DNA of 64,000 bases from a bacterium (lineage in GTDB: Bacteria; Zhuqueibacterota; Zhuqueibacteria; Residuimicrobiales; Krinioviventaceae): positions 512,001-576,000 of the forward strand of contig CAXXFV010000023.1 of the NCBI GenBank assembly GCA_963674595.2, in the 5' to 3' direction. Position 1 is the stretch's first letter. Each line of letters starts with the position of its first letter. Positions 1 to 9,188 of this stretch are shown piece after piece. The translations under genes and the position numbers were made by a program. The notes beneath the pieces were generated by a model. The model saw only the letters and a list, made by a program, of their open reading frames with translations. It was not told where the DNA came from and did not search any database.

Positions 1-1
1 T

Positions 2-946
2 CTTGGTACAAAGATTATTGTACAAGAAATATATCCGGCTTATTACCAATTTTATTCCATATATCCGTTGGCTTATGTGACCGTTAAAAATATGCTGGGA
101 AAGGCTGTTGAAGTTAATGTGCGTTGTTCTGTCAAAGGATATTCGGAGCGGCCAAAGGAGAGCGGATTTATAAGGCTGGAAGGCGGTGAAACGCAGGACA
201 TCCCTGTTACTGTATTTTTTAGTCCGAAATTTTTACAGGTACCGCAAACTAAAACAGCCATACTCGATTTATTTCTGGAAGCCAGAGCGGCTTCTGTTTA
301 TCGGCAAAATATCAGTCAGGAAATAGTCATACACAGCCGAAATGCCTGGAGCGGTGAAATGGATAAATTAACATTTTATCTGACACCGGAAGAACCGAAC
401 GTTTTGAGCTTTGCCCGGCAGGCAACAGTAGCTGTTTCCCCGGACTCTGAAATTTTGTTACAGAAATTTAATTATGCTCAAAATATATTTAATGAACTGA
501 CATTGAAAAATATAACCTATTTGCCGGACCCAAATGTTGTCTTTTATCAGGACGACAGGGTACAGTTTGCTGCTGAAACCTTGGATATGAGGCACGGAGA
601 TTGTGATGATTTGGTTGTTCTCTATTGTTCACTTTTGGAAAGTCTTGGCATTCAAACAGCATTTATAGAAACAAGAGACCCTGAAAAAGAGATTGCGCAT
701 CTGTATATGATGTTTGACAGCGGGCTGGATGTTTCTCAGGGAGACTTGATCAGCAGCAATGAAAAACGATACATTATTCGTGAAAATCAATCCGGTAAAA
801 AACGTATCTGGGTCCCTGTGGAAACCACCCTTATACCCAAAGGTTTTGAACAGGCCTGGACTGAAGGAGCTACATCCTATTTGAAAGAAGGTGTTTTAAG
901 AAACGGTCTTTCGGAGGGATGGGTAAAAGTGATTGATAATCACTAG
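2..946 (+). CDS. Transglutaminase-like domain protein, 5'-partial
   Basis: Frame is open from base 2 (LGTKIIVQEIYPAYY...). GDCDD Cys motif, downstream His (AHLYMMF) and WVPVETT are typical of bacterial transglutaminase-like domains. Confidence 0.7.
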   Translation, partial: LGTKIIVQEIYPAYYQFYSIYPLAYVTVKNMLGKAVEVNVRCSVKGYSERPKESGFIRLEGGETQDIPVTVFFSPKFLQVPQTKTAILDLFLEARAASVYRQNISQEIVIHSRNAWSGEMDKLTFYLTPEEPNVLSFARQATVAVSPDSEILLQKFNYAQNIFNELTLKNITYLPDPNVVFYQDDRVQFAAETLDMRHGDCDDLVVLYCSLLESLGIQTAFIETRDPEKEIAHLYMMFDSGLDVSQGDLISSNEKRYIIRENQSGKKRIWVPVETTLIPKGFEQAWTEGATSYLKEGVLRNGLSEGWVKVIDNH

Positions 947-959
947 TTTGGAGAATATT

Positions 960-1667
960 ATGTTAAGGAAATTTAAAATGTTTTTTTCCGGTATACTGAT
1001 GACAAGTATAACGTTACTTTATGCTGAAGAAGCCGTTATTACAAAAATGAGCGGTGAAGTCAAAGTACGCCGGGGATTGGAAGAAGAATGGGTATCAGCG
1101 GCACCGGGTACATCTCTGGATGTCATGGATACTATATTGACCCTGGAAGGAAAAGTATTGTTAAAAATTCAGGATGGAACCAATTTTGAATTAGGAGAAA
1201 ATTCCATACTGGATATAAGTGATTTACGACGTGTGACGAAAAGAGAGATGTTTCTTTATCTCATGTCTGCAAAGGTCAATAAAATACAGCCTCGCAGTGA
1301 AAAAACAAAACTGCGGGTTGGAAATGTCAGTGTTGTGCACGGTGAATCGAAATTAAAAGATGAAACTGTTAAAGAAATAAATAATGATTCCTGGTCAAAA
1401 GAGTTTAACGGCGCTGTGGCGTTGTTTGACCAGCAATTTTATACAAACACAGTCATAAAGTTGTCCAAAATTAAAAATAAAAATTCGGAATTGAATGATT
1501 GTGGTCAAGTTGATCTCTATTTAGCAAAATCGTTTGAGCATCTCAATGAACCTGGCCAGGCTTTGGATGCGTATCAAACGGCTTTTGAAGAAATTAGTAA
1601 AAGTGAAACATGTCAAAAAAATAGTCTGTCTGATGTTGAGGCAGCCATACAACGTTTAAAAAAATAA
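960..1667 (+). CDS. Secreted protein with FecR-like N-terminal beta domain and TPR-like helical C-terminus
   Basis: GGAG RBS before ATG 960; signal peptide; GEVKVRRG...DTILTLEG...LKIQDGTNFELGENSILDI is FecR-like. Confidence 0.55.
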   Translation: MLRKFKMFFSGILMTSITLLYAEEAVITKMSGEVKVRRGLEEEWVSAAPGTSLDVMDTILTLEGKVLLKIQDGTNFELGENSILDISDLRRVTKREMFLYLMSAKVNKIQPRSEKTKLRVGNVSVVHGESKLKDETVKEINNDSWSKEFNGAVALFDQQFYTNTVIKLSKIKNKNSELNDCGQVDLYLAKSFEHLNEPGQALDAYQTAFEEISKSETCQKNSLSDVEAAIQRLKK

Positions 1668-1758
1668 GATATAGCGCTATAGCGGTATTGTTGTAATATC
1701 GCGAACCCGGGTTCTCTTTTAATATATATCACAACGTGATGACATTAAAGGAGAAGTC

Positions 1759-2550
1759 ATGAAAAGTTTAGTTTATTGTTGTTTGATATTTGTAATTATT
1801 TTTACTGTTGGTTGTGGAATCACCGATTCCGACTGGCAGGTTGAAAATACAGATTTTACTGCAGAATCCGAATTTGATTATGCAGTCAACATCATGGGGA
1901 AAAATCATCTTCATCTCGAATCCGTCAACGGACCGGTGCATGTCCATGCCGTTAAAGGTCTGGACCTGGTGGCCGTTAAGGGCGTCAAACGGGTTGGGTC
2001 TGAAACTCTTGAGGATGCGGAACATCATCTGAAATGTTTTGATGTGCAGGTTAGACAGGACCTTAATGCCGTGCATGTAAAAACATTGCACCCAAAAGAG
2101 ACCAATGGACGTGATTATTCTACAAGTTATAATGTAACGATACCACAGGATTGGTCCGTCGATATTGATCTGGTTAACGGGTCAGTTGATGTCGATTCTT
2201 GCCGGAACAATGTTTCTGTAGAGGTAACCAATGGTCCGGTAACGTTGGAGGCTGTTCAAGCAAATGTATATGTTCGCACCACAAACGGACAGATACAAAG
2301 TGATCTTGTTCTGCCGGAAAACGGTTTGGCTGACCTTAAAACGACCAACGGATTTGTATCGCTTTTGCTGCCAAAAACAACCTGTGCTTCTTTTGCCGCT
2401 CAAGTTGATAATGGAGTTGTTCAATTTTTAGAGTTTCCTTTAACAATTGATAATTCTTCATCGACTCATGTGCGTGGTTATAGCGGTAACGCAAACGGCC
2501 GGATTTTATTACGTGCGATAAATGGAAATATTTTCGTTTACGGAAAATAA
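1759..2550 (+). CDS. DUF4097-type beta-strand repeat lipoprotein
   Basis: AAGGAG RBS; lipobox TVGC; repeated (S/T)xNG-x-V/I motifs. Confidence 0.75.
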   Translation: MKSLVYCCLIFVIIFTVGCGITDSDWQVENTDFTAESEFDYAVNIMGKNHLHLESVNGPVHVHAVKGLDLVAVKGVKRVGSETLEDAEHHLKCFDVQVRQDLNAVHVKTLHPKETNGRDYSTSYNVTIPQDWSVDIDLVNGSVDVDSCRNNVSVEVTNGPVTLEAVQANVYVRTTNGQIQSDLVLPENGLADLKTTNGFVSLLLPKTTCASFAAQVDNGVVQFLEFPLTIDNSSSTHVRGYSGNANGRILLRAINGNIFVYGK

Positions 2551-2635
2551 TGTGCAGAAATTAAAATTGATTCGCTTGTTTTATCAGGCAATGTAGTAAC
2601 CCTATTTTACAAAATACACTTTTGGAAGGAATGAA

Positions 2636-4927
2636 ATGAAAAAAATTATTTGTATATGTATGCTTTTTTTTGCGGCGGTTCAAAGTTTTTCAGCGTCAAT
2701 GATCGCTACAACAGTCAGCGGCTATGTTAAAGATGCATCAAACGGCGAGGCACTTATCGGCGCCAATGTCTTTTTTAAAGATACTTATCTGGGATGCAGC
2801 AGCAATAACAGTGGATACTTTGTTATTCCCGATATTCCGGCAGGAAAATACACCCTGGTTGTATCCATGTTGGGTTATAAAATGTATTATAAAAATATTA
2901 CCATCAACAGAGGTCAAAACATTCAGCAAAACGTTATTCTGGAAGAAGAACCTTTATTGACTGAAGAAATTGTTGTGACGGCGGATTCGGTTCCCACTGT
3001 TGAAAAATTGTTTAGAAAATCGATTTCAAAAATTGAAATGTCGCCGCAACAATTAAAAAGGGTCCCGCAAATTGCTGAAGCGGATTTAATGCGTACACTG
3101 GTAACATTACCGGGAATTGTACCACTTTCCGATTATTCTTCTGCCCTGTACGTTCGCGGTGGTACACCAGACCAAAATTTAATATTGTTGGACGGCACAG
3201 ATGTATATAATCCCGAACATGCATTCGGTCTTTTTTCCACTTTTAATACAGATGCTATTAAACATGTGGAAATACATAAAGGCGGGTTCGGTCCCGAATA
3301 CGGCGGCAGATTGTCATCTGTTCTGGATGTAACCAACCTTGACGGAAACAGGGAAGAGTTTGAATGTTCTACTTCTATAAGCATGTTGTCTGCTAAAACA
3401 ACCATGCAAATGCCGGTGGGCAAAAAAGGTTCTGTCTCCGGTTCCATAAGACGTACCTATTTTGACAAAACGGTCGCCAAAGTCATTGATGATATTCCTG
3501 ATTATTATTACTGGGATGGCAATTTTAAGGCTTTTTATGAAATTAACAAGAACAACAAATTAACACTAAGCACCTATGGCGGTCGTGATGCGCTTGATTT
3601 GGTATTCAACAACAACTCGACCGAACAGACCGGGTTTTTATATGACTGGGGCAATAAAACCGGAAGTGCTAAATGGACGCATATTTTTTCGCCTCAATTG
3701 TTTTCCAATTTTTGGATTACAGGAAGCGAATTTACATCCAATTTTGATATGGACTTTATTGAATTGCAGGAAATTAATGATTTGAACGATGTAACCATCA
3801 AAGGAAACCTGGAATACTATTATTCACAACAAATGGCTGTCAAGTTTGGTTTTGAACAGAAATTTTTAAATAACGAGTACGAATTTAGTGGTGAACATAC
3901 CAATACAATCCGAATCAAGAGCAAACCGGAACACAGTGTTGGTTACGGAAAGATTGAATGGACACCAACACCATTAATAAATATTGAAACCGGACTTCGG
4001 TACAATTATTTCAGGTCTGATGAAATTTTTCAAAATGTTGAGCCCCGTTTTTCCGCCAAGTACAGGATAACGGACAAAGCGAATATAAAAGCCGCCACTG
4101 GTGTGTATTATCAATATTTACATCATGTACCACGATTTTTATTTGCTGATATATGGACGACATCCAATAAATTTCAGAAACCGTCCAAAGCTATTCACTT
4201 TATTTTGGGTTATCAACAGGAATTAGCCAAAGACATAGAGTTTGAGGTAGAAACATTTTACAAGGATTATAAAAATCTATATTCCTATAATGAAAACATA
4301 GCGGCTGATGTTACGGCAATTGAATATGATGAGGAAGGACTGCCGATTTATACACAAACCGAAGGTGTGTTTAACCGGGCAGACGGCTGTTCCTATGGTT
4401 TTGAATTGTTGGTCCGCAAAAATTTTGGCCGAATCAACGGCTGGGTAGGGTATTCTTTATCAAGAACAGAGTATCAATTTGATGTTTTGAATCAGCAGCG
4501 CTGGTTTGCTCCGCGTCATGACCGAACCTCAACATTGAATGTTGTTGCCAATTATAACAAAAAAATGGCAGGTGGTAAATGGACTTTTGGATTTAATTTT
4601 GTCTATTCCAGTGGACAGCCGTTTACGGAACCCGGCTCGGCGTATTATATTTCTTCTTCACCGATGGCGCCCATACCATTCGTGGAATATGCGCCAACGC
4701 AAATTAATAATATCCGTTTTCCATATTATGCCCGGCTGGATATCAGCATCGCTTACTTGAAGCAATACAGCAATTGGAGCCTTGAACCTTATCTGCAAAT
4801 TTATAACGTCGGAAACCGCCGAAATGTCTGGTTTGTTGATTATGACTATGATAATGGCGTCCCGGATTTTGAAGAAATTTATATGCTGCCTATTTTACCG
4901 ACTATCGGATTTAATATCCGTTTCTAA
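2636..4927 (+). CDS. TonB-dependent receptor with N-terminal carboxypeptidase-regulatory-like domain
   Basis: VSGYVKDASNGEALIGANV N-domain; plug motif YVRGGTPDQNLILLDG; GGFGPEYGGRLSSV; C-terminal Phe. Confidence 0.92.
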   Translation: MKKIICICMLFFAAVQSFSASMIATTVSGYVKDASNGEALIGANVFFKDTYLGCSSNNSGYFVIPDIPAGKYTLVVSMLGYKMYYKNITINRGQNIQQNVILEEEPLLTEEIVVTADSVPTVEKLFRKSISKIEMSPQQLKRVPQIAEADLMRTLVTLPGIVPLSDYSSALYVRGGTPDQNLILLDGTDVYNPEHAFGLFSTFNTDAIKHVEIHKGGFGPEYGGRLSSVLDVTNLDGNREEFECSTSISMLSAKTTMQMPVGKKGSVSGSIRRTYFDKTVAKVIDDIPDYYYWDGNFKAFYEINKNNKLTLSTYGGRDALDLVFNNNSTEQTGFLYDWGNKTGSAKWTHIFSPQLFSNFWITGSEFTSNFDMDFIELQEINDLNDVTIKGNLEYYYSQQMAVKFGFEQKFLNNEYEFSGEHTNTIRIKSKPEHSVGYGKIEWTPTPLINIETGLRYNYFRSDEIFQNVEPRFSAKYRITDKANIKAATGVYYQYLHHVPRFLFADIWTTSNKFQKPSKAIHFILGYQQELAKDIEFEVETFYKDYKNLYSYNENIAADVTAIEYDEEGLPIYTQTEGVFNRADGCSYGFELLVRKNFGRINGWVGYSLSRTEYQFDVLNQQRWFAPRHDRTSTLNVVANYNKKMAGGKWTFGFNFVYSSGQPFTEPGSAYYISSSPMAPIPFVEYAPTQINNIRFPYYARLDISIAYLKQYSNWSLEPYLQIYNVGNRRNVWFVDYDYDNGVPDFEEIYMLPILPTIGFNIRF

Positions 4928-4950
4928 CTAATGAACACAGGAGTTTTATA

Positions 4951-5871
4951 ATGAAAAAAATCATTTTTTATTGTTTTATATTGTCATTTACTTTAATCTT
5001 TGCTTGTGGTAAAAGTATTGTTTCGGTAACAAACGAGAGTTATGAACCGAAAATTGTTGTGCAGGGATATTTAACAGCCAATCTCCCCATTCAAGATATA
5101 ATTATTACCCGTAACTTTCCTGTTGGTTCAAATCTTGAAAAGATGAATATTTTCCCGGATGTTAATACCACATCAGTAACAGTAGAAAACCTGACCGACC
5201 AGAAAATTTACACTCTTTCTTTTAAAGCGTCTGAAAATGGTAAAACAAATGAAGGAAGTTGGTGTTGTTTAGATCCGGGTGTGCGGGTTGAATATGGCAA
5301 AACATATCGTTTGAACGTATCTGCAACAGTTGAGGGGACAAAATTAAATACCAGTTCCACAACAACTGTTCCAAATGAAGGACTTGCTATTGTGTCTGTA
5401 AATTATGATAAACTGACATATCGCCAAAAAGATTACAATGATCATGTGATGAGTTTTAGTGTAACTTTTGGTCGTTCACCGGAAACGGATTTTTATTTAT
5501 ATGGAATAATGGCTGTTGATGCCCATCCGGATTCGTTCATTTATGATAATCCGGTTCTGGATTATGATCGGGAAGATGTTGTAAAAGACCTGGAAGACCT
5601 GAAATACACTCATGACTGGAACCAAAATTTGGATCCTGATTTAGACAGAATAACGACCTATCTGGATTGGTTTAGTTTCTGGTTTTATGGAAATTATCAA
5701 ATTACTGTTTACGCGGTGGATAAAAATTATGCACGGTTTTTACAAACCTATAATGATGTTCAGGAAATGGATGGTAATTTTCATGAGGCGAGATTTTGTT
5801 TTGAGGGTGACGGTATCGGCGTTTTTGGCTCTGTTGTTGCCGATACTGTCAGTGTAAAGATTGTGCATTAA
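4951..5871 (+). CDS. DUF4249-like outer-membrane lipoprotein, partner of the TonB receptor
   Basis: Lipobox IFAC; YEPKIVVQGYL; C-terminal GIGVFGS; directly downstream of the TBDR. Confidence 0.7.
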   Translation: MKKIIFYCFILSFTLIFACGKSIVSVTNESYEPKIVVQGYLTANLPIQDIIITRNFPVGSNLEKMNIFPDVNTTSVTVENLTDQKIYTLSFKASENGKTNEGSWCCLDPGVRVEYGKTYRLNVSATVEGTKLNTSSTTTVPNEGLAIVSVNYDKLTYRQKDYNDHVMSFSVTFGRSPETDFYLYGIMAVDAHPDSFIYDNPVLDYDREDVVKDLEDLKYTHDWNQNLDPDLDRITTYLDWFSFWFYGNYQITVYAVDKNYARFLQTYNDVQEMDGNFHEARFCFEGDGIGVFGSVVADTVSVKIVH

Positions 5872-5895
5872 AAAAAATTAAGATAGTTTGAATTG

Positions 5896-5920
5896 ACCGG
5901 TGCAGTAAAGCTGCACCGGT
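5896..5920. terminator. Bidirectional intrinsic terminator
   Basis: Perfect 10-bp stem ACCGGTGCAG-taaag-CTGCACCGGT between convergent genes. Confidence 0.8.
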
Positions 5921-5931
5921 TAAAAGGTTTT

Positions 5932-7086
5932 TTACTTGCTGTAAATTTTGCTAATTATTTTCCCTGATGTATTTATATAATAGGCTTTGTCCTTTTTAAT
6001 CACAATCGCTATTCCATTATAAAATGGATAGGCAACATCATAATTATCGTTCAAAATTATTTCATCTTTTTGATTTATATAAACCCAGCCGATTTCGTTC
6101 AACACCGGTGCCAATCCATTATTAAAACTTGCACCGGTTTTATACGTCGGTTCCAGAACAAATTCACCTTGTTTGTCGATATATCCGGTTTTGTCATTGT
6201 ATTTTACACACGATAGATTTTGAGAAAAATTTGCGGCAAAATCAAATTTGGGGTCAATAATCCATTCACCGTCTTTATTGATAAATCCCATTTTGTCATC
6301 AACACACACTCTGGCCAGACCTTCATCAAAAGCCCATGCTTTCTGAAATTGTGGTTCTATGACAACAGAGCCTTGTTTGTTTATATAGCCAAATTTTCCA
6401 TCCAAAGAAATGGCCGCCAAACCTTCTTTAAAATCGCCTGCCTGATCAAATTGTGGTTCAATTTGGAAATTTCCTTTTTTGTCGATAAATCCAAATTTTT
6501 TCTTGATTTGAACTCTGGCCAAATCCTCGGAAAAAGGTCCGACATAATCAAATTGTGGTTCAATTTGTATCGTGCCGTTTTTATTTAAATAACCGTATTT
6601 ATAATCCCAAAAGACAAAAAAAGCTCTTTTTTTCATTTTTACCTGCAACAAACCTTCTTTACAGTCGCCGATCCAGTTAAAATATCCCTGGAATATTGTT
6701 TCCCCTTTGTAATTAATTCCTATTAATCTATCACCGAGTTGAGTTTTTAATAAATTTTTTTCCTCGATTGTTGTTATACCTTCTGAAAATCTGTAATTCG
6801 TTGGGGGCATTTTAACATCGGATGTTTTGTTTTCAAAATGGATTTTTATCGATTCGGGGTCTAATTTTCTTTCAGTATCCAAAAGAATTTTCCCTGTTGA
6901 GTCAATATAACAGAGTTTTTTATCTTTAATGATCGGTATAAAATATTTATCTGCTTCCAACTGTTCTGTTAAATTGGTTTCATTATCATTTACACTGTCT
7001 TTTTGTTTTAATATCAGTTCATCGCCAAAAACTGCATTCGATAATAGTAAAATAAATAGAGAAAAGCTTATAATGCCCTTTTTCAT
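5932..7086 (-). CDS. WG (KWG) repeat-containing secreted protein
   Basis: Repeated K(F/Y/M/T)G(F/Y)I(D/N)KxG...IEPQF...FSE(G/D)LA units; signal peptide; GGAGG RBS. Confidence 0.9.
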   Translation of the reverse strand: MKKGIISFSLFILLLSNAVFGDELILKQKDSVNDNETNLTEQLEADKYFIPIIKDKKLCYIDSTGKILLDTERKLDPESIKIHFENKTSDVKMPPTNYRFSEGITTIEEKNLLKTQLGDRLIGINYKGETIFQGYFNWIGDCKEGLLQVKMKKRAFFVFWDYKYGYLNKNGTIQIEPQFDYVGPFSEDLARVQIKKKFGFIDKKGNFQIEPQFDQAGDFKEGLAAISLDGKFGYINKQGSVVIEPQFQKAWAFDEGLARVCVDDKMGFINKDGEWIIDPKFDFAANFSQNLSCVKYNDKTGYIDKQGEFVLEPTYKTGASFNNGLAPVLNEIGWVYINQKDEIILNDNYDVAYPFYNGIAIVIKKDKAYYINTSGKIISKIYSK

Positions 7087-7120
7087 AGGACCTCCATTTA
7101 GTAATTTTTATAAGTAATGG

Positions 7121-7181
7121 GTTGGTTTCTTGGTGCCGATTTCTGGGAGGAGTAAACTCTAAAGCGCCAAGGTTCACCAAC
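7121..7181. terminator. Imperfect hairpin downstream of the YdeI-like gene
   Basis: GTTGG..CTTGGTGC / GCGCCAAG..CCAAC arms with a long loop. Confidence 0.3.
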
Positions 7182-7190
7182 TTTAGCTCT

Positions 7191-7760
7191 TTATTTTAAT
7201 CCTAATTTTTTACCTTCTGCTAATAACTGTATCGATTCCTTGATCCGTTTATCTCTGGTTTCGGGACGTTTTGCCGTAACGATCCACAAAAGATACTGTT
7301 TTTGTTGACTTGATGTCAGGTTGTTAAACGTTGTTTTGGCCTGCGGATTGTTTTGCAGGGCCTCAATAAATTCAGGCGGCATTGTTAAATCAAACTTGGG
7401 TTTCTGGGTTGGAGAATCCCAATTGCCGGACTGTTTTGCCGCATTCACCTTTTTCAAGCCGTGTTCCGTCATTCGTCCGTCCTGAATCAGTTCTTCAACA
7501 CGCTTTTTATTCACCAGGGACCATTTGCTGTTGTCTTTTCTGGGTGTAAACTTGCGTGCATATTTTTCTTCATCAATTTTTTTAATCAGACTGTCCACCC
7601 AGCCAAAACAGAGGGCTTCGTCCAGTGAATCCTTGTATTCGATGCATGGGATGCCTGTTGCTTTTTTATGAAATATTAACCAGATTTCATTTTCTTTATC
7701 ATGGTTCTCAGACAGCCATGCCTGCCATTCTGATGGGTTTTTAAATTCAATGGTTTTCAT
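7191..7760 (-). CDS. YdeI/OmpD-associated family protein
   Basis: WQAWLSENH, ALCFGWVDS, FTPRKDNSKWS, AKRPETRDKRI. Confidence 0.9.
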   Translation of the reverse strand: MKTIEFKNPSEWQAWLSENHDKENEIWLIFHKKATGIPCIEYKDSLDEALCFGWVDSLIKKIDEEKYARKFTPRKDNSKWSLVNKKRVEELIQDGRMTEHGLKKVNAAKQSGNWDSPTQKPKFDLTMPPEFIEALQNNPQAKTTFNNLTSSQQKQYLLWIVTAKRPETRDKRIKESIQLLAEGKKLGLK

Positions 7761-7784
7761 ATATATTATTTCCCAGTTATATTT

Positions 7785-8294
7785 TTATTTTTCAGCATCC
7801 TTGTTTTTTTTGAATTCGCGCTGACCGCGTAAAGCAGCGGTGTCGTCCGTGATTTTATCCTGCCATCCTGATCGTACGTTATCTCGCCTGTCAAAACGGC
7901 CGACGTAAGGTTTTATGTCGATGACCGGTGTCCCGTCAAGCATGTCAACGTCTTCAATGTTGAGAACATTGCCTTTAACGGAAATTAATTTTACAATGCT
8001 GAAACCGATTTTATTGGGTCTGACAGGAGCCCTGGTAGCAAAAACTCCATGGGGTGTATCTTCTAAAAAGGGGCATACCGTCAGTCTGGTTTCTTTGGCT
8101 TTGTGAAACATATAAAGCACATAGATGTGAGAAAAGCCTTCCAGGTCCAGCAGGCCTTCGCAATAATCGTTTTCGAGTATAATTTGTCCCTTGATCTCTT
8201 TTGCAAACACGGGCTGAATCGGTGTTTCGGCGGGGACGGTATGCGGGGACCGGACAAAGCCGATTGACTTTACTAAAAATTCATCACGTTTCAT
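7785..8294 (-). CDS. tsaA: tRNA (t6A37) N6-methyltransferase TrmO/TsaA family
   Basis: GVFATRAPVRPNKIG and DMLDGTPVIDIKPY signatures. Confidence 0.9.
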   Translation of the reverse strand: MKRDEFLVKSIGFVRSPHTVPAETPIQPVFAKEIKGQIILENDYCEGLLDLEGFSHIYVLYMFHKAKETRLTVCPFLEDTPHGVFATRAPVRPNKIGFSIVKLISVKGNVLNIEDVDMLDGTPVIDIKPYVGRFDRRDNVRSGWQDKITDDTAALRGQREFKKNKDAEK

Positions 8295-8371
8295 TTTTTC
8301 CCTGTTGTTATAAATTTATGCTTTTTTTACACAGTTTTGGAATGTTTTGTAAAACAAATGTCCGGGTACAA

Positions 8372-8432
8372 AATCCCACGATACGCGACGGGTTCGGGTG
8401 GTGTGGGAGTGGGAGAGTAAAACTCCCATCTA
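8372..8432 (+). mobile_element. Degenerate group II intron 3' end (domain V/VI remnant)
   Basis: CGATACGCGAC..TCGGGTGGTGTGGGAG-TGGGAGAGTAAAACTCCCA-TCTA resembles the end of DV plus the DVI hairpin of bacterial class C introns; no intron ORF nearby. Confidence 0.55.
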
Positions 8433-9077
8433 TTTTTTTTGTAAAAATTTTATTTGTTGTTTAATCTCTTCTTGCAGTGTTTCGTAAAACTTGCCAACAT
8501 GAAGGCCGTCAATGAAAATATGGTTGACCTGAATATTATAAGGCAAAACTATTTTATCATTCAATTCGTAAAATTTACCCCAGGATATCCGGGGGATTGC
8601 ATCATCATTTTTTAAACTCAATGTGTGATCAATACCTGTGAACGGGATCCATGGGAGTGTAGAAATAAAAACAAAATCACTTCTGCCTATTAGCATGCTC
8701 AAATCAAAATATTTATCACTGTTTATAATTGCTTCTTTAATTATCTTGTCCATCTTGAAAATATCGTCACAATACTCGACAGAAATTAACCGGAACAATT
8801 CTTCATTATCCCGAAGACATGCAAAGGACGGATTTATCTTTTCATATTGGACGACTTGTCCGTTGTTGACTCTGTACAGGAAATTGTTAATTTTATTCAG
8901 TGTTTTTGTTGTTAGATATATTAAAGAATTATTTAAAGAAAGTCCATGTAATTTTGTCTGTTCTTTTAATCCAGTAATATCGACATTGAAATTGACATTA
9001 TAAAATGGCAGATCACTTTTGATAAAAAAATTGAAATGTTCTTTTCTGTCCCAATTATCTAAATTTATTTCTTTCAT
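8430..9077 (-). CDS. cat: Type A chloramphenicol acetyltransferase family protein
   Basis: INLDNWDRKEHFNFF start, FISTLPWIPFT, PRISWGK, catalytic QVNHIFIDGLH. Start moved to ATG 9077 because a promoter lies within the longer ORF. Confidence 0.85.
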   Translation of the reverse strand: MKEINLDNWDRKEHFNFFIKSDLPFYNVNFNVDITGLKEQTKLHGLSLNNSLIYLTTKTLNKINNFLYRVNNGQVVQYEKINPSFACLRDNEELFRLISVEYCDDIFKMDKIIKEAIINSDKYFDLSMLIGRSDFVFISTLPWIPFTGIDHTLSLKNDDAIPRISWGKFYELNDKIVLPYNIQVNHIFIDGLHVGKFYETLQEEIKQQIKFLQKK

Positions 9078-9139
9078 TTTTAGTCCCAATAGTATATTGA
9101 GGCATAATTCTAGTTCTCTCTTTCTTTGAATTATTTTAA

Positions 9140-9181
9140 GTAAATAATACTCATTCTTTTGGGTTGGCACAAGAGATTTTT
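9140..9181 (-). promoter_or_regulatory. Sigma70-type promoter, AAAAATCTC-TTGYGN family, copy P1 (cat)
   Basis: Minus strand: AAAAATCTC-TTGTGC-17 bp-TATTAT-TTAC. Confidence 0.7.
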
Positions 9182-9188
9182 ATGCTCT

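Noticed and set aside
9078-9170. N-terminal extensions given in the ORF track for cat (also marR 41853-41909, rsgA 17469-17537, GT4 27719-27760)
   Set aside because: They overlap promoters, operators or upstream genes; downstream ATGs fit the family N-termini and mostly have a better RBS.
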